This document shows, piece after piece, positions 54,130-63,775 of a stretch of DNA of 64,000 nucleotides. Under the pieces are notes generated by a model, which worked only from the letters and a program-made list of their open reading frames with translations, had not been told where the DNA came from and ran no database searches. Location of the stretch: positions 128,001-192,000 of the forward strand of contig CBDFFH010000005.1 in NCBI GenBank assembly GCA_965246715.1, in the 5' to 3' direction. Every line of letters starts with the position of its first letter. Position 1 is the stretch's first letter. The translations under genes and the position numbers were made by a program. This stretch comes from Chamaesiphon sp. (GTDB taxonomy: Bacteria; Cyanobacteriota; Cyanobacteriia; Cyanobacteriales; Chamaesiphonaceae).

Positions 54130-54729
54130 ATGACGATCGCTACTAGAACAGCATCGATCGAAGTTGCGATCGGGAAAGGAGATGTCCGCACGATCCAGCG
54201 AGGAAAAACCTGGGCGCAGTTTGAGTATCTGCAAAAGGGTTTCGAGGATACGCGAGGGGTGAAATTATTTTATTACGATGGGACGATCGAGATTCTCATG
54301 CCAGGTGCAGCCCACGAATTATTTAAAAAGATTATTGCTATTTTGATTGAAGTATTTTTACTAGATCGCAAAATTGAGTTTGAACCGACTGGATCGATGA
54401 CTCAAAAGCGAGAAGGCAATGCGGCAGCTGAAGCAGATGAATCCTATGAGATTCAAGGAGCTAAACTTTGTATTGAAGTTAATTTCACCAGTGGCAATGA
54501 ATCAAAATTGGATTGCTACCAGATGTTGGGTGTTGATGAAGTTTGGTTTTGGGAAGATGGTGTTTTAGCAGTTTACCACCTGCAATCTGAGGGATATCGA
54601 CGAGTAAATCGCAGTCAGATTCCAGTACTCACAAACATCGATCTAGCAATAATGGCAGAATGTATTCTTGTTGGTGAAACTTCACGGATCGAAGCTGTCG
54701 AGAGATTTAGAGCTGGTCACCCAATCTAA
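54130..54729 (+). CDS. Uma2 family endonuclease-like protein
   Basis: EILMPG..HE, EADESY, IEV, GVDEVW. Confidence 0.9.
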   Translation: MTIATRTASIEVAIGKGDVRTIQRGKTWAQFEYLQKGFEDTRGVKLFYYDGTIEILMPGAAHELFKKIIAILIEVFLLDRKIEFEPTGSMTQKREGNAAAEADESYEIQGAKLCIEVNFTSGNESKLDCYQMLGVDEVWFWEDGVLAVYHLQSEGYRRVNRSQIPVLTNIDLAIMAECILVGETSRIEAVERFRAGHPI

Positions 54730-54791
54730 ATTACCCATCGATCGATAGAATAAAGATGTTGAGACACAAAAATTAGCTTTGACATAAAACA

Positions 54792-56897
54792 TTAATTATC
54801 AGTAGTAAATATTTTACAGATGCCATCGATATCTAATAGATAATTTCGGACTATTTCTAGAGCGTATCGATCGGGTAACACCTGTTGGAATTTACTAAAC
54901 CGATAATTGGGTAACTTCTCCAATAGATAAGCCTGAGTTGTTTTTGCCGCCCAAAATTCGGGCTGTTGAATTTCGCCGATCGCGGTGGCAAATGTTGCGG
55001 GAGTGAGGTGTTCGCCAGTAATACTAACTTGAAAATTATCGGCACGGACTTCCCATGCCCACAGATGTTCTAAGCCATATTTAATCGCACGGTTGACCTT
55101 ACCACCTGCAAACGTCCACCATTGTACCCGCTTATTATCTTCCTCCCAGATAACTCTTTCTACTACCTGTTGACGGCGTTCGCTGCGACAGTTGGCGAGC
55201 ATGAGTTTGGCATCGCGATCGAGATAGGGAATATCGTCATTCGATCGTAATAATGCGGCAATTTCCTGACAGACATCCCAATCGAGAAATTGCGGGATAA
55301 ATCCGCCCCAAGTTGGTTTTCTGCCCTGCGGCGAGGGTAAGACGACGACCGATCGCTTATCATGATCGATGCGATCGGCAATCCACGCTCGCCCACCGAG
55401 GAGAAAACAGCTAATTTCGGGTGTCAATGTATCGACAAATTTCTGTTCTAAAGAACCGATCGATTGTTCTTCTGGCGTGCAGACTTCATATTGCTGAGGG
55501 GAGGAAAACACGGCATATAGCGCCATGAAATTCTTCTTGCCAAAGGCACGTTCGGATTCTGCGCCGATCGATAATAATCCCCCAGTCAGATAGAGAAATT
55601 TAGTTTTCACCATATGGCGAATCAATCGATCGAATTCTTTCCGAGTAATTCCCTGAAAATCCATCACCTTTGATAATTGCTGCCAACAATCTTCTGGTGA
55701 AATCGCACCAAATTGCATCGTTAGCGCTAATAATTGCTGGACTAATACCGACCAATTGCGCTGACACACGGAGATCGATTCTACCCAACCCCGCCGCGCT
55801 AATTCGATTAAGGCGATCGATTGTAGTAACGCTGCCGAGTTATCGATCAGAAATGTCGTATTTGCCTTGCCACCACGCCGTCCCGTGCGCCCCAATCGTT
55901 GCAAAAAGGCGGAAACCGTATCGGGTGCATTTGCTTGCAACACGGCATCCAAATCGCCGACATCGATGCCCAATTCGAGGGTGGAAGTACAGACGATGCA
56001 ATTATTCCGACCGTTAGCAAACCGTTCTTCCGCGATCGTCCGTTCTTCAACTGCTACCGAACTATGATGGATGAACACATCGATGCCGCGATCCTGCATT
56101 CGATCGGCAATTTCTTCAGACAGGGCACGACTCTGACAAAAGAGCAGACTTTTTTTCTGTTGGGCTAACATGCTCGCGCGATCGGCAATCTCAAATTTTG
56201 ACTCGTGCATTAAGATCCGAATCTCGCGGGGGCTGGGATTGGGTGGCGGATCGATCTTCGATTTCGGGCGGTGGGATGTCCCCTGCAACCAATCAAGAAT
56301 TGCGTCGGGATTGCCCACCGTGGCACTCAAACCCACCCTTTGGACATCATTGGCACCCACGGCAATTACGCGCTCTAAAACAGACATGAGATGCGCGCCG
56401 CGATCGCTCCCCGCAATGGCATGTACTTCATCAATGACGATCGCCCGGAGATCGCCAAAGATTTCTGCATGGGCGAAACTCGCGGACATCAACATCACTT
56501 CCAAGGATTCGGGAGTTGTCATCAACAGCGTCGCAGGTTGCTGGCGAAAGGCTTTTTTAGCAGCGGGTTTGACATCGCCATGCCACAGGAAGCGGCTCAA
56601 GCCGAGCATTTCGGTATACATGCCCAAGCGTTCGGCTTGATTGTTTAATAAAGCTTTAATCGGGGCGATGTAGATAATCCCGACTCCTTTGGGTTCTTTT
56701 TCCACCATCTGCGCCAGCAGGGGAAACATACTTGCTTCGGTTTTACCTCCAGCAGTGGGGGCGAGGATGACGGCATTGTGTCCGTCGAGCAGCGCGTGTC
56801 CGGCAAGTTCTTGCACCGGACGCAGGGATGTCCACCCCAATCGGGCGGTAATGGCAGCTTGTAATCGATCGGGAAATCGGGAAAAGGCAGAGTTCAT
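54792..56897 (-). CDS. Lhr-like DEAD/DEAH-box helicase
   Basis: APTAGGKT, TTPESL, DEVH, SAT, HHSSV, LELGID, QRLGRTGR. Confidence 0.92.
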   Translation of the reverse strand: MNSAFSRFPDRLQAAITARLGWTSLRPVQELAGHALLDGHNAVILAPTAGGKTEASMFPLLAQMVEKEPKGVGIIYIAPIKALLNNQAERLGMYTEMLGLSRFLWHGDVKPAAKKAFRQQPATLLMTTPESLEVMLMSASFAHAEIFGDLRAIVIDEVHAIAGSDRGAHLMSVLERVIAVGANDVQRVGLSATVGNPDAILDWLQGTSHRPKSKIDPPPNPSPREIRILMHESKFEIADRASMLAQQKKSLLFCQSRALSEEIADRMQDRGIDVFIHHSSVAVEERTIAEERFANGRNNCIVCTSTLELGIDVGDLDAVLQANAPDTVSAFLQRLGRTGRRGGKANTTFLIDNSAALLQSIALIELARRGWVESISVCQRNWSVLVQQLLALTMQFGAISPEDCWQQLSKVMDFQGITRKEFDRLIRHMVKTKFLYLTGGLLSIGAESERAFGKKNFMALYAVFSSPQQYEVCTPEEQSIGSLEQKFVDTLTPEISCFLLGGRAWIADRIDHDKRSVVVLPSPQGRKPTWGGFIPQFLDWDVCQEIAALLRSNDDIPYLDRDAKLMLANCRSERRQQVVERVIWEEDNKRVQWWTFAGGKVNRAIKYGLEHLWAWEVRADNFQVSITGEHLTPATFATAIGEIQQPEFWAAKTTQAYLLEKLPNYRFSKFQQVLPDRYALEIVRNYLLDIDGICKIFTTDN

Positions 56898-56935
56898 CAA
56901 GTCAACTTGAGTAAGTGCTACACATTATTAAAGCT

Positions 56936-57032
56936 GATTTTGGATTTTGCGGCTTGCGCCCGTCGGGTTTCCCGACGCGAAAAGCGAGACAAGACAGGAT
57001 TTTAGATTTTTCGGTTCGCTACCGCAAGATTT
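56936..57032. repeat. GATTTTG/GATTTTA heptamers interrupted by small hairpin elements
   Basis: CGTCGGG-TTT-CCCGACG and CGGT-TCGCT-ACCG hairpins between heptamer units. Confidence 0.55.
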
Positions 57033-57233
57033 AGTAGGCGTTGCTAAATTAAGGGTTTTAGTGATTTCCTATTTGGTGAATCATACTATAGATCCAGCAA
57101 CACCAAAAAATTAGTGAGATCGCCATTTACTGAAACGAACTCACCTGCTTCTAAACTCTGTAATGTTTCCTTATGCTATGCCTGTTAGTGATATAGATTT
57201 TTGGAGATCGACACATAAACGTAACTCAATCGC

Positions 57234-57869
57234 TCAGTTATGATGTGCTTTGTGAAACTTTATCGATTCTAAAATTATAGGTTTTTTGGCAATTTTTGAT
57301 AAATCACCCAACAGACCGATCTTTTCAGATTTATGAACCAACATAGCAAATAAGATTACTAAAGCACACATTACAACAATTATTCCCACAAGATATATAG
57401 ACATCATCTGGGGTTGTGCGAACATTGCCATTAGCGTGAATATGACCAGAATCAAGCTAATAATCATTAGAGTAGTCAGAATTCCTTGTAACGTCTTTGA
57501 CAATAATCGCCAAAGCTTAATTCTTGTGGAGCAAGAAGGACAAGTAACATGAATAGTTGAAAAATATAGCTTGTTCATCTTTATAAACACTGAGACAAAC
57601 ATTGCGCCTGCAAAGGAGGTCAGTATCAATACCAATAATGAAGATGTTCTATCCAAATATTCAAACCGCCAAGATGCCTTAAAAGTATTTGACTGAAGAG
57701 TTTTTTGATTACAACATTCACAGATATCGCCAGCACCAGCAAATCTTTTTGTTACGTAATCTAGATAGTCTTGATAACAATCAGAACGACTCTTGTATGA
57801 AGGCAGAAAATCTGACAAAGATTTACTTTTCTCGAAGCGGCGATCGAATACTGACTTTTGTATTTGCAT
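57234..57869 (-). CDS. Hypothetical membrane protein with two CxxC motifs
   Basis: CECC, CPSC and 3 hydrophobic segments; AT-rich. Confidence 0.65.
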   Translation of the reverse strand: MQIQKSVFDRRFEKSKSLSDFLPSYKSRSDCYQDYLDYVTKRFAGAGDICECCNQKTLQSNTFKASWRFEYLDRTSSLLVLILTSFAGAMFVSVFIKMNKLYFSTIHVTCPSCSTRIKLWRLLSKTLQGILTTLMIISLILVIFTLMAMFAQPQMMSIYLVGIIVVMCALVILFAMLVHKSEKIGLLGDLSKIAKKPIILESIKFHKAHHN

Positions 57870-58246
57870 TGTTTTGTCTGATTAATAATTGTTGAAATTA
57901 GGAATGGCTTATTTACTAAACTTTTAAAATTAAGTGATAACTTAAAATACCCAATTATCGATCGACTTCCAACATCTATACACCACAAGTCATGAGGATG
58001 TGTTTGTTGCCGACCACCCGCTCCTCACTAAAATCTCTCGAACTGACACTTCCAGCAAAAATCTCAATGTAAGCAACAGAACGGATAAAGCCATATATTC
58101 TAATGCGATCGTCGATCGGAGTTCCGATCGATCGGATCGACGAGGAATATTCACGTTGGTAAGATGTAGCGGCAATTTGGGTAATCTAAGTGCTAGTAGA
58201 GATATAGCTTCAGATCTCCAACCCAGCCAACTTATCCTCACCCCGC

Positions 58247-60730
58247 ATGACCCTTCAGCATAGTCCCAATACCCTTCCGCAGTGCCAAAATCTCCAAGCA
58301 CAGGTAGATTCAGTCCTCAACCTGCTCAAACAAGAACCAACTCTTCGCGCGCAAGTAGACACTAGTGCAGTGCGTTCATCACTCAAAAAAGCGATCGCAC
58401 CCACTTTTGAGATTGTTTTTGCTGGGGCGTTTAGTGCGGGTAAATCGATGCTAATTAATGCTCTCCTAGAACGAGAGTTGCTCTACAGTGCCGAAGGTCA
58501 TGCTACGGGGACAGAATGCCAAATTGCTTATGCAGAGCCAGAACAGGAACGGGTAGTTCTAACCTTTTTGTCTGAAGCGGAAGTATTGAGCCAAGTACAA
58601 TTACTAGGCAAGAAACTAGGCATAAATTTACAGGATCCGCAACAGGCTAACTTGATTTTACAAGAACAGGAATTGATGGATACGCTTCGCGATTCTTGTA
58701 TGGCAATTATCCAACAAGAAGGGGGCGAAAGTAAGTCAGAACGAGCCAAACAAGCTTCAGCATTTAAACTGCTGATTCAAGGTTTTATCGATAATAAAAA
58801 ATACATCGATAAAACAACCAATCGCACCCTATCGATGGAGCAATTTGATTTTAAAAACCTCCAAGAAGCAGCGAGTTATGCGCGGCGGGGTAGCAATAGC
58901 GCGGTACTACGACGGGTAGAGTATTATTGCCATCACCCCTTACTGAGAGATGGTAACGTCCTCGTCGATACTCCTGGCATCGATGCGCCAGTCAAACGGG
59001 ATGCAGAACTTACCTATACCAAAATTGAAAATCCCGATACATCTGCGGTAGTCTGCGTACTGAAACCTGCTGCGGCTGGGGATATGAGTACCGAAGAAAC
59101 CGAAATGCTCGAACGCATTCGTCAAAATCCTGGCGTTCGCGATCGCGTCTTCTATATCTTCAATCGTATCGATGAAACTTGGTACAATGCCCAATTGCGC
59201 CAGCGACTAGACAATCTCATTGGCGAACAATTCCGCGATTCCCACCGTGTCTACAAAACTAGCGGCTTGTTAGGGTTTTGGGGGAGTCAATTGCGCCAGA
59301 CAAGTGCAAACGATCGATATGGACTAAATTCCTTTTTTGCGGCTAGCGTCACCCCAGATGGCGAACAGACACCCCAGTTTGTGAATGAGTTCAATCGCTA
59401 TTGTTCGATCTCTGGCAAATTGCCTGGAGATCGATTTCGAGTCGATGTCCGCAGCTATGAATCAGCAACTGAAAACTACGTACGGATTCTCAATGAGCAG
59501 GGTAGTGGATTAGTCGAACAACTCATCAAAGATAGTGGCATCGAAGAATTTCGCACTGCTATTACCCGCTATCTGATGGAAGAAAAACGACCATTATTAT
59601 TAGTAAATCTCGCAGACGATCTACAACCCATTTGTATCAATCTCCGCCGTACTTATCTAGAAAGCTGGCACTATCTCAAAGCTCAACCGCAAGATGTTAA
59701 TGCTATTAAAGAGCAAGAAATTCAACTGCTCAGCAAGCAGCTCAAAGATGTCGGCGACGAGTATACCCAGCATATTCACGCGATCGTTAATGAAGTAGTT
59801 GCTAGCAATACTAATGTCGCTTTCGAGGCAGATTTTACTAAACTCAAAGCCAAAATGGTCAGCCGTCTGGATGAATTACTGACTACCTTCTCTGTCAGCC
59901 ATGTTCACCAACAAGCCCAAGCCAGCCATCGCCGTAATTCCGTCGTCCCACTAATTGGAATTTTGAGTGAAGCCTTCTACTATTTAGCCAATGGTTTAGA
60001 AGAGGTTTTGGTTGCCGCAGTCGCCGAATTAGTTGCTAACTTCTTCCAACAATTAACTACTCAAATTCAGAAGCAAGAATATTATCGCAATCTGTATCGA
60101 TTATTAGGTAACGATAGCGGTATCGAACAAAACCTCAAACAGTTAGAAGCGATCGTCTCTAGTGCATTAATTAATGCGGCGCGGGTAGAATGCGATCGAT
60201 ATGTCCGCGAACGTCCCGAATTTTTTACCGAAGGCACGTCTTCACTATTCCAACTCCGTCAAACCTTGCAACAAGCTTGCCGAGGTTACGATCACTACAA
60301 TATGATCGAAGCTGAGCCAGCAATTCGCCAATTACTCAAGATTGATTTTGAAGAAAAAGTCCGCGATACCGTCATGCGATCGTTCCGCCAAGTTATCAAT
60401 CAATCTCTCAATAATCAACTCTTACCTGGAGCTAATTATCAAGCCGAACAAATCCTCTCTCAATACGATCGCGCTCGTGAATATTTAGCAAAAGCACTTG
60501 AAAAAGAAGCCGAAGAAAAGATCCGCCAAAATCAACGTCAACTTGCGGAAGTGGAGCAGCGCATTGGAGTCTTTAACGAGGCTGTAGAGGGAATTAATAG
60601 CTGCTTGGAAGCAATGCAACTCGATCGGCATCGGCTGCCGACTTTGAATCAATCAGATTTGCTATTATTACCTGTTAACGATCCTATGGAATCTTCTGTA
60701 GAGTTAGTTGTGGCTGCTGATAGTAATTAA
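58247..60730 (+). CDS. Bacterial dynamin-like GTPase (SynDLP-type)
   Basis: GAFSAGKS, DTPG, NRID, long helical stalk. Confidence 0.88.
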   Translation: MTLQHSPNTLPQCQNLQAQVDSVLNLLKQEPTLRAQVDTSAVRSSLKKAIAPTFEIVFAGAFSAGKSMLINALLERELLYSAEGHATGTECQIAYAEPEQERVVLTFLSEAEVLSQVQLLGKKLGINLQDPQQANLILQEQELMDTLRDSCMAIIQQEGGESKSERAKQASAFKLLIQGFIDNKKYIDKTTNRTLSMEQFDFKNLQEAASYARRGSNSAVLRRVEYYCHHPLLRDGNVLVDTPGIDAPVKRDAELTYTKIENPDTSAVVCVLKPAAAGDMSTEETEMLERIRQNPGVRDRVFYIFNRIDETWYNAQLRQRLDNLIGEQFRDSHRVYKTSGLLGFWGSQLRQTSANDRYGLNSFFAASVTPDGEQTPQFVNEFNRYCSISGKLPGDRFRVDVRSYESATENYVRILNEQGSGLVEQLIKDSGIEEFRTAITRYLMEEKRPLLLVNLADDLQPICINLRRTYLESWHYLKAQPQDVNAIKEQEIQLLSKQLKDVGDEYTQHIHAIVNEVVASNTNVAFEADFTKLKAKMVSRLDELLTTFSVSHVHQQAQASHRRNSVVPLIGILSEAFYYLANGLEEVLVAAVAELVANFFQQLTTQIQKQEYYRNLYRLLGNDSGIEQNLKQLEAIVSSALINAARVECDRYVRERPEFFTEGTSSLFQLRQTLQQACRGYDHYNMIEAEPAIRQLLKIDFEEKVRDTVMRSFRQVINQSLNNQLLPGANYQAEQILSQYDRAREYLAKALEKEAEEKIRQNQRQLAEVEQRIGVFNEAVEGINSCLEAMQLDRHRLPTLNQSDLLLLPVNDPMESSVELVVAADSN

Positions 60731-60792
60731 TTGATAAGATGTTCGATCGATCTTTTGTTGTGAGGATCGATATGTACTATTCCAGATTGAAC

Positions 60793-60862
60793 TGTGGGTT
60801 GGGTGGGTTAGATTGCAGATTTTTAGTAAAACCGATATCGATCGCATAAACCCACCCCTACA
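60793..60862. repeat. GTAG-REP pair ending ...CATAAACCCACCCCTACAGATCT, uninterrupted
   Basis: Same family as 61343-61410 and the IS-split copy starting at 61968. Confidence 0.8.
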
Positions 60863-60930
60863 GATCTAAAAATATATTTTATATGATTGTAAAGCTAGAT
60901 TCATGGGAATACTATTGATGTAGTAATTTA

Positions 60931-61338
60931 ATGTTTTTAATCATGAGCTTTAATTTATCTGAAGTCATTCACATCATCAGCACCATTGACGATCTACTAT
61001 CGATGAGTGAACATCCTTACACTATCAATACTTCAACTGGCTATGATATTGAAGAAGAGGAAGAAGTAGAATTTATCAAATTATCATTCCCACTTAAAAA
61101 TGGTATGTCACATATCAAAATGTATGATTCTGTTGGGTCTATCGAATATAGTAATCAAAATGGAGATGCTCTAAAAAATATAGAATTTGATGATATGTCC
61201 GTCGTAGAATTAAATGGATCTTTTAAAAAAGCATTCAAGCAAATACGAGAATTCGATCGGCAGCATTCTTCTAGCCAAACAAAACGTGCAGAAACATCAA
61301 TCGATCGAGCCTCATTCGGATTAGCTGAAATAAATTAA
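60931..61338 (+). CDS. Hypothetical acidic protein
   Basis: 135-aa AT-rich ORF flanked by REPs. Confidence 0.6.
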   Translation: MFLIMSFNLSEVIHIISTIDDLLSMSEHPYTINTSTGYDIEEEEEVEFIKLSFPLKNGMSHIKMYDSVGSIEYSNQNGDALKNIEFDDMSVVELNGSFKKAFKQIREFDRQHSSSQTKRAETSIDRASFGLAEIN

Positions 61339-61342
61339 TTGT

Positions 61343-61410
61343 ATCTGTAGGGGCGGGTTTATGTAATTAATTCCGGTTGCACTAAAAATTCATGCCAAAC
61401 CCGCCCGCCC
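61343..61410. repeat. GTAG-REP pair ATCTGTAGGGGCGGGTTT...AAACCCGCCC
   Basis: Inverted repeat; contains an exact vacant IS110 target on the - strand. Confidence 0.85.
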
Positions 61411-61470
61411 TGTCAATCAAATAATAAACGTTCTATATTTACGTCTAATATATTTAACCAGTACTGAATT

Positions 61471-61962
61471 ATGACCGATCGATCGAAACAAATAATTCCC
61501 GATTCTCAAGCTGTTGCTCGGTTCCTAGATAAAGACACTATAACAACTTTAGATTGTCATGCTACGTTGACAATTGAAGAATTACTAGAAAAGACTAAAA
61601 ATTCAGTCTTACCAGAGCTTTCCCTTTCAAAAGTTAGCGCTATCTATGCAAAGGCTAGAAGCAATGGGGGGTACAGTGATAACGATTGCTTTAATGATTT
61701 AAAGAATGCTGTTAACAGGACTGATACAAATAAATTAACAATCATCAATAAATTAATAGAAGGTGCTATCTGTAATCTATTACAGCCTGATGGTAAAGGA
61801 TGGCAAAAAGGAAAATTAAAACTATGCTTTCAATTTATACCTGAAGAAACTGAGATTATAGAAATTCAAGAAAAACGGTTAGGAACTAATTCTTCGCCAC
61901 TAGATGAAATTCGACAGTTAGCAAACGAATTGACATCAATGGTATCGATCGAACAAAATTAG
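61471..61962 (+). CDS. KGK domain protein
   Basis: C.LLQPDGKGWQKGKLKLCFQFIPEE...SPLDEIR. Confidence 0.88.
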   Translation: MTDRSKQIIPDSQAVARFLDKDTITTLDCHATLTIEELLEKTKNSVLPELSLSKVSAIYAKARSNGGYSDNDCFNDLKNAVNRTDTNKLTIINKLIEGAICNLLQPDGKGWQKGKLKLCFQFIPEETEIIEIQEKRLGTNSSPLDEIRQLANELTSMVSIEQN

Positions 61963-62199
61963 TGGGTTAGGGCGGGTTCGGACGTAAATTTTTAGTACGA
62001 TCGAAATTAATCGCATAAACCCGCCCCTTGTATCTTAAAGAGAGGTAGGTAATCGATCGATATAGACAATGCTTAGAACAAACGTAGTTCAAAGAGATCG
62101 ACACAAACCAAGGGAGTCAGAGGAATAAATCGATCGGCGTAAAGAAACCATAACAGTTTCAGAGCGCGATCGCCAGATGCGAGAAAGTGAGAGTGAGGA

Positions 62200-62364
62200 C
62201 ATCAGTAATCGGTGAAGCTGGCCCGCCCCTTAGACAACATTGTTAGTCTGCTGCGTAGATAAGCTCCCACAACTGATGACAGACACACCTAAAGCTGGAC
62301 AGTATCTTAGGCAATCGATTTACCGAAAAGCCTGCAATCACAAGGTTAGTTAAACAGTCTGTCA
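62200..62364 (+). ncRNA. Bridge RNA core (target-binding loop and donor-binding loop); the 5' end probably extends to about 62043
   Basis: LTG CCCGCCCCT 62222-62230, RTG TGCGTAG 62252-62258, LDG ACAGTATCT 62299-62307, RDG TCACAAG 62338-62344; closing stems CATCAGT/ACTGATG and TGACAGAC/GTCTGTCA. Confidence 0.88.
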
Positions 62365-62402
62365 AGTTCTTTGAGCATAGTTAGGAGTGGAGTAAGCAGT
62401 TA

Positions 62403-63374
62403 ATGACAGTTAATTTTTTAGGGATAGACATCAGCAAAAAAGACTTTCATGTAGTACTAATCATGGGAGAGACGAGAACAAAATCCAAAAAATTCACCAA
62501 CGATCTGCAAGGGTTTGAGAGTTTGCAGCAGTGGCTCAAACAAAAAGGGATCGACCAAATGCACGCCTGTCTGGAAGCGACCAGCATCTATGGAGACGCT
62601 TTAGCCGAATTCCTCTACTCAGCCAGCTTTGCCGTTAGTGTCGTCAATCCAGCCCGAATTCAAGGGTTTGCCAAGGGCGAACTATTACGGACGAAAACTG
62701 ATTCAGTTGATGCAGCATTGATTGCCCGTTTTTGTGCAGCAATTAAACCAGAACTGTGGAAACCAACAGCCCCTGAAATCAAAGAACTACAAGCCCTGGT
62801 CCGGCGATTAGATTCTCTTCAGGAAATGGTCACAGCCGAACACAATCGCTTGGAAACAGCCACCACCAAAGTAGCTGAACTCACTCAATCTCATCTGACC
62901 TATCTCCAGGAACAGCAAGCCCTAATTAAACAATTAATTAGCGACCATTTCGACAAACATCCAGAGTTAAAACAACAGCGAGATCTGTTGGTCTCAATTC
63001 CTGGAATTGGCGCACAAACTGCGGCTGTCTTGTTGGCAGAAATCGGTCGGATCGAAGATTACCAGAATGCTCGTCAATTAGCTGCCCATGCGGGTTTAAC
63101 TCCATCTGAGCGATCTAGTGGCACCAGCGTTCATGGCAAAACTCGGTTGTCTTGTACTGGTAATTCTCGACTCCGCAAAGCTCTTTATATGCCTGCGGTA
63201 GTCTCGATGCGTCATAATCCTCTGCTCAAAACTTTCAGCGAACGATTACTCGATCGTGGCAAGGCTAAAATGCAGGCGATTGGTGCCATCATGCGTAAAT
63301 TAGTCCATTTGGCTTTTGGCATTTTAAAGTCTCAACAGCCCTTTGACCCTAATTATTCGCTCGCCACCCCTTGA
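62403..63374 (+). CDS. IS110 family DEDD recombinase/transposase
   Basis: GIDISK, LEATS, KTDSVDA, SIPGIG, RSSGTS (Ser), GNSRLRKALY. Confidence 0.97.
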   Translation: MTVNFLGIDISKKDFHVVLIMGETRTKSKKFTNDLQGFESLQQWLKQKGIDQMHACLEATSIYGDALAEFLYSASFAVSVVNPARIQGFAKGELLRTKTDSVDAALIARFCAAIKPELWKPTAPEIKELQALVRRLDSLQEMVTAEHNRLETATTKVAELTQSHLTYLQEQQALIKQLISDHFDKHPELKQQRDLLVSIPGIGAQTAAVLLAEIGRIEDYQNARQLAAHAGLTPSERSSGTSVHGKTRLSCTGNSRLRKALYMPAVVSMRHNPLLKTFSERLLDRGKAKMQAIGAIMRKLVHLAFGILKSQQPFDPNYSLATP

Positions 63375-63376
63375 CA
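63371..63376 (+). promoter_or_regulatory. -35 TTGACA in the IS right end; pairs with -10 TATCTT (62031-62036) at 17-nt spacing after circularisation
   Basis: The circle junction reads TTGACA-TTCAAGACAGTATCTTG-TATCTT. Confidence 0.8.
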
Positions 63377-63408
63377 TTCAAGACAGTATCTACAGATCTG
63401 TGAATAAC

Positions 63409-63645
63409 ATGTCAGAAAAATCTAAACGAATTAGCTTCCCCAAAGAAGTGCGGGAGTATGTATTCAACCGCGACAACCATCAGTGTCAAAGCTGCGGACA
63501 AACTACCAAATTATCGATCGACCACATTATACCGCTCGCTTCAGGCGGCAGCAACGATATCAGTAACCTGCAAACCTTGTGCGGCTCGTGCAATAGTCAG
63601 AAAAAACATTATTTCGATCCGAGATTCGATCGACGCTATAGTTAA
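63409..63645 (+). CDS. Small HNH endonuclease
   Basis: RDNHQCQSCG...IDHIIPLASGGSN..SNLQTLCGSCN..K. Confidence 0.9.
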   Translation: MSEKSKRISFPKEVREYVFNRDNHQCQSCGQTTKLSIDHIIPLASGGSNDISNLQTLCGSCNSQKKHYFDPRFDRRYS

Positions 63646-63775
63646 TCCCCAAAATTTGACAATTAAAATTAACGATCGAGTGAGACTAACAAAAGTTGAA
63701 GATTTGACGACCGCCCACTATCTATGTTCATCTGTTACCATCAATTGAACCCTGTCAAATCAGCCCTCACACTCC

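Larger units (their letters stand above)
62027..63391 (+). mobile_element. Complete IS110-family element (IS621-like) inserted in a REP at a CT core
   Basis: Left junction CCCGCCC-CT-TGTAT, right junction ACAGTAT-CT-ACAGA; removal restores the REP AAACCCGCCCCTACAGATCT. Confidence 0.93.

Noticed and set aside
58247..60730. Dynamin-like protein as an anti-phage system
   Set aside because: It looks like the conserved solitary SynDLP-type gene, with no partner dynamin or defence genes adjacent.
63343..63645. HNH gene as IS110 cargo or an RNA-guided nuclease partner
   Set aside because: The IS ends at the CT core (63391). The HNH ATG (63409) is outside, and the 63343 start in the ORF track only overlaps the transposase end.
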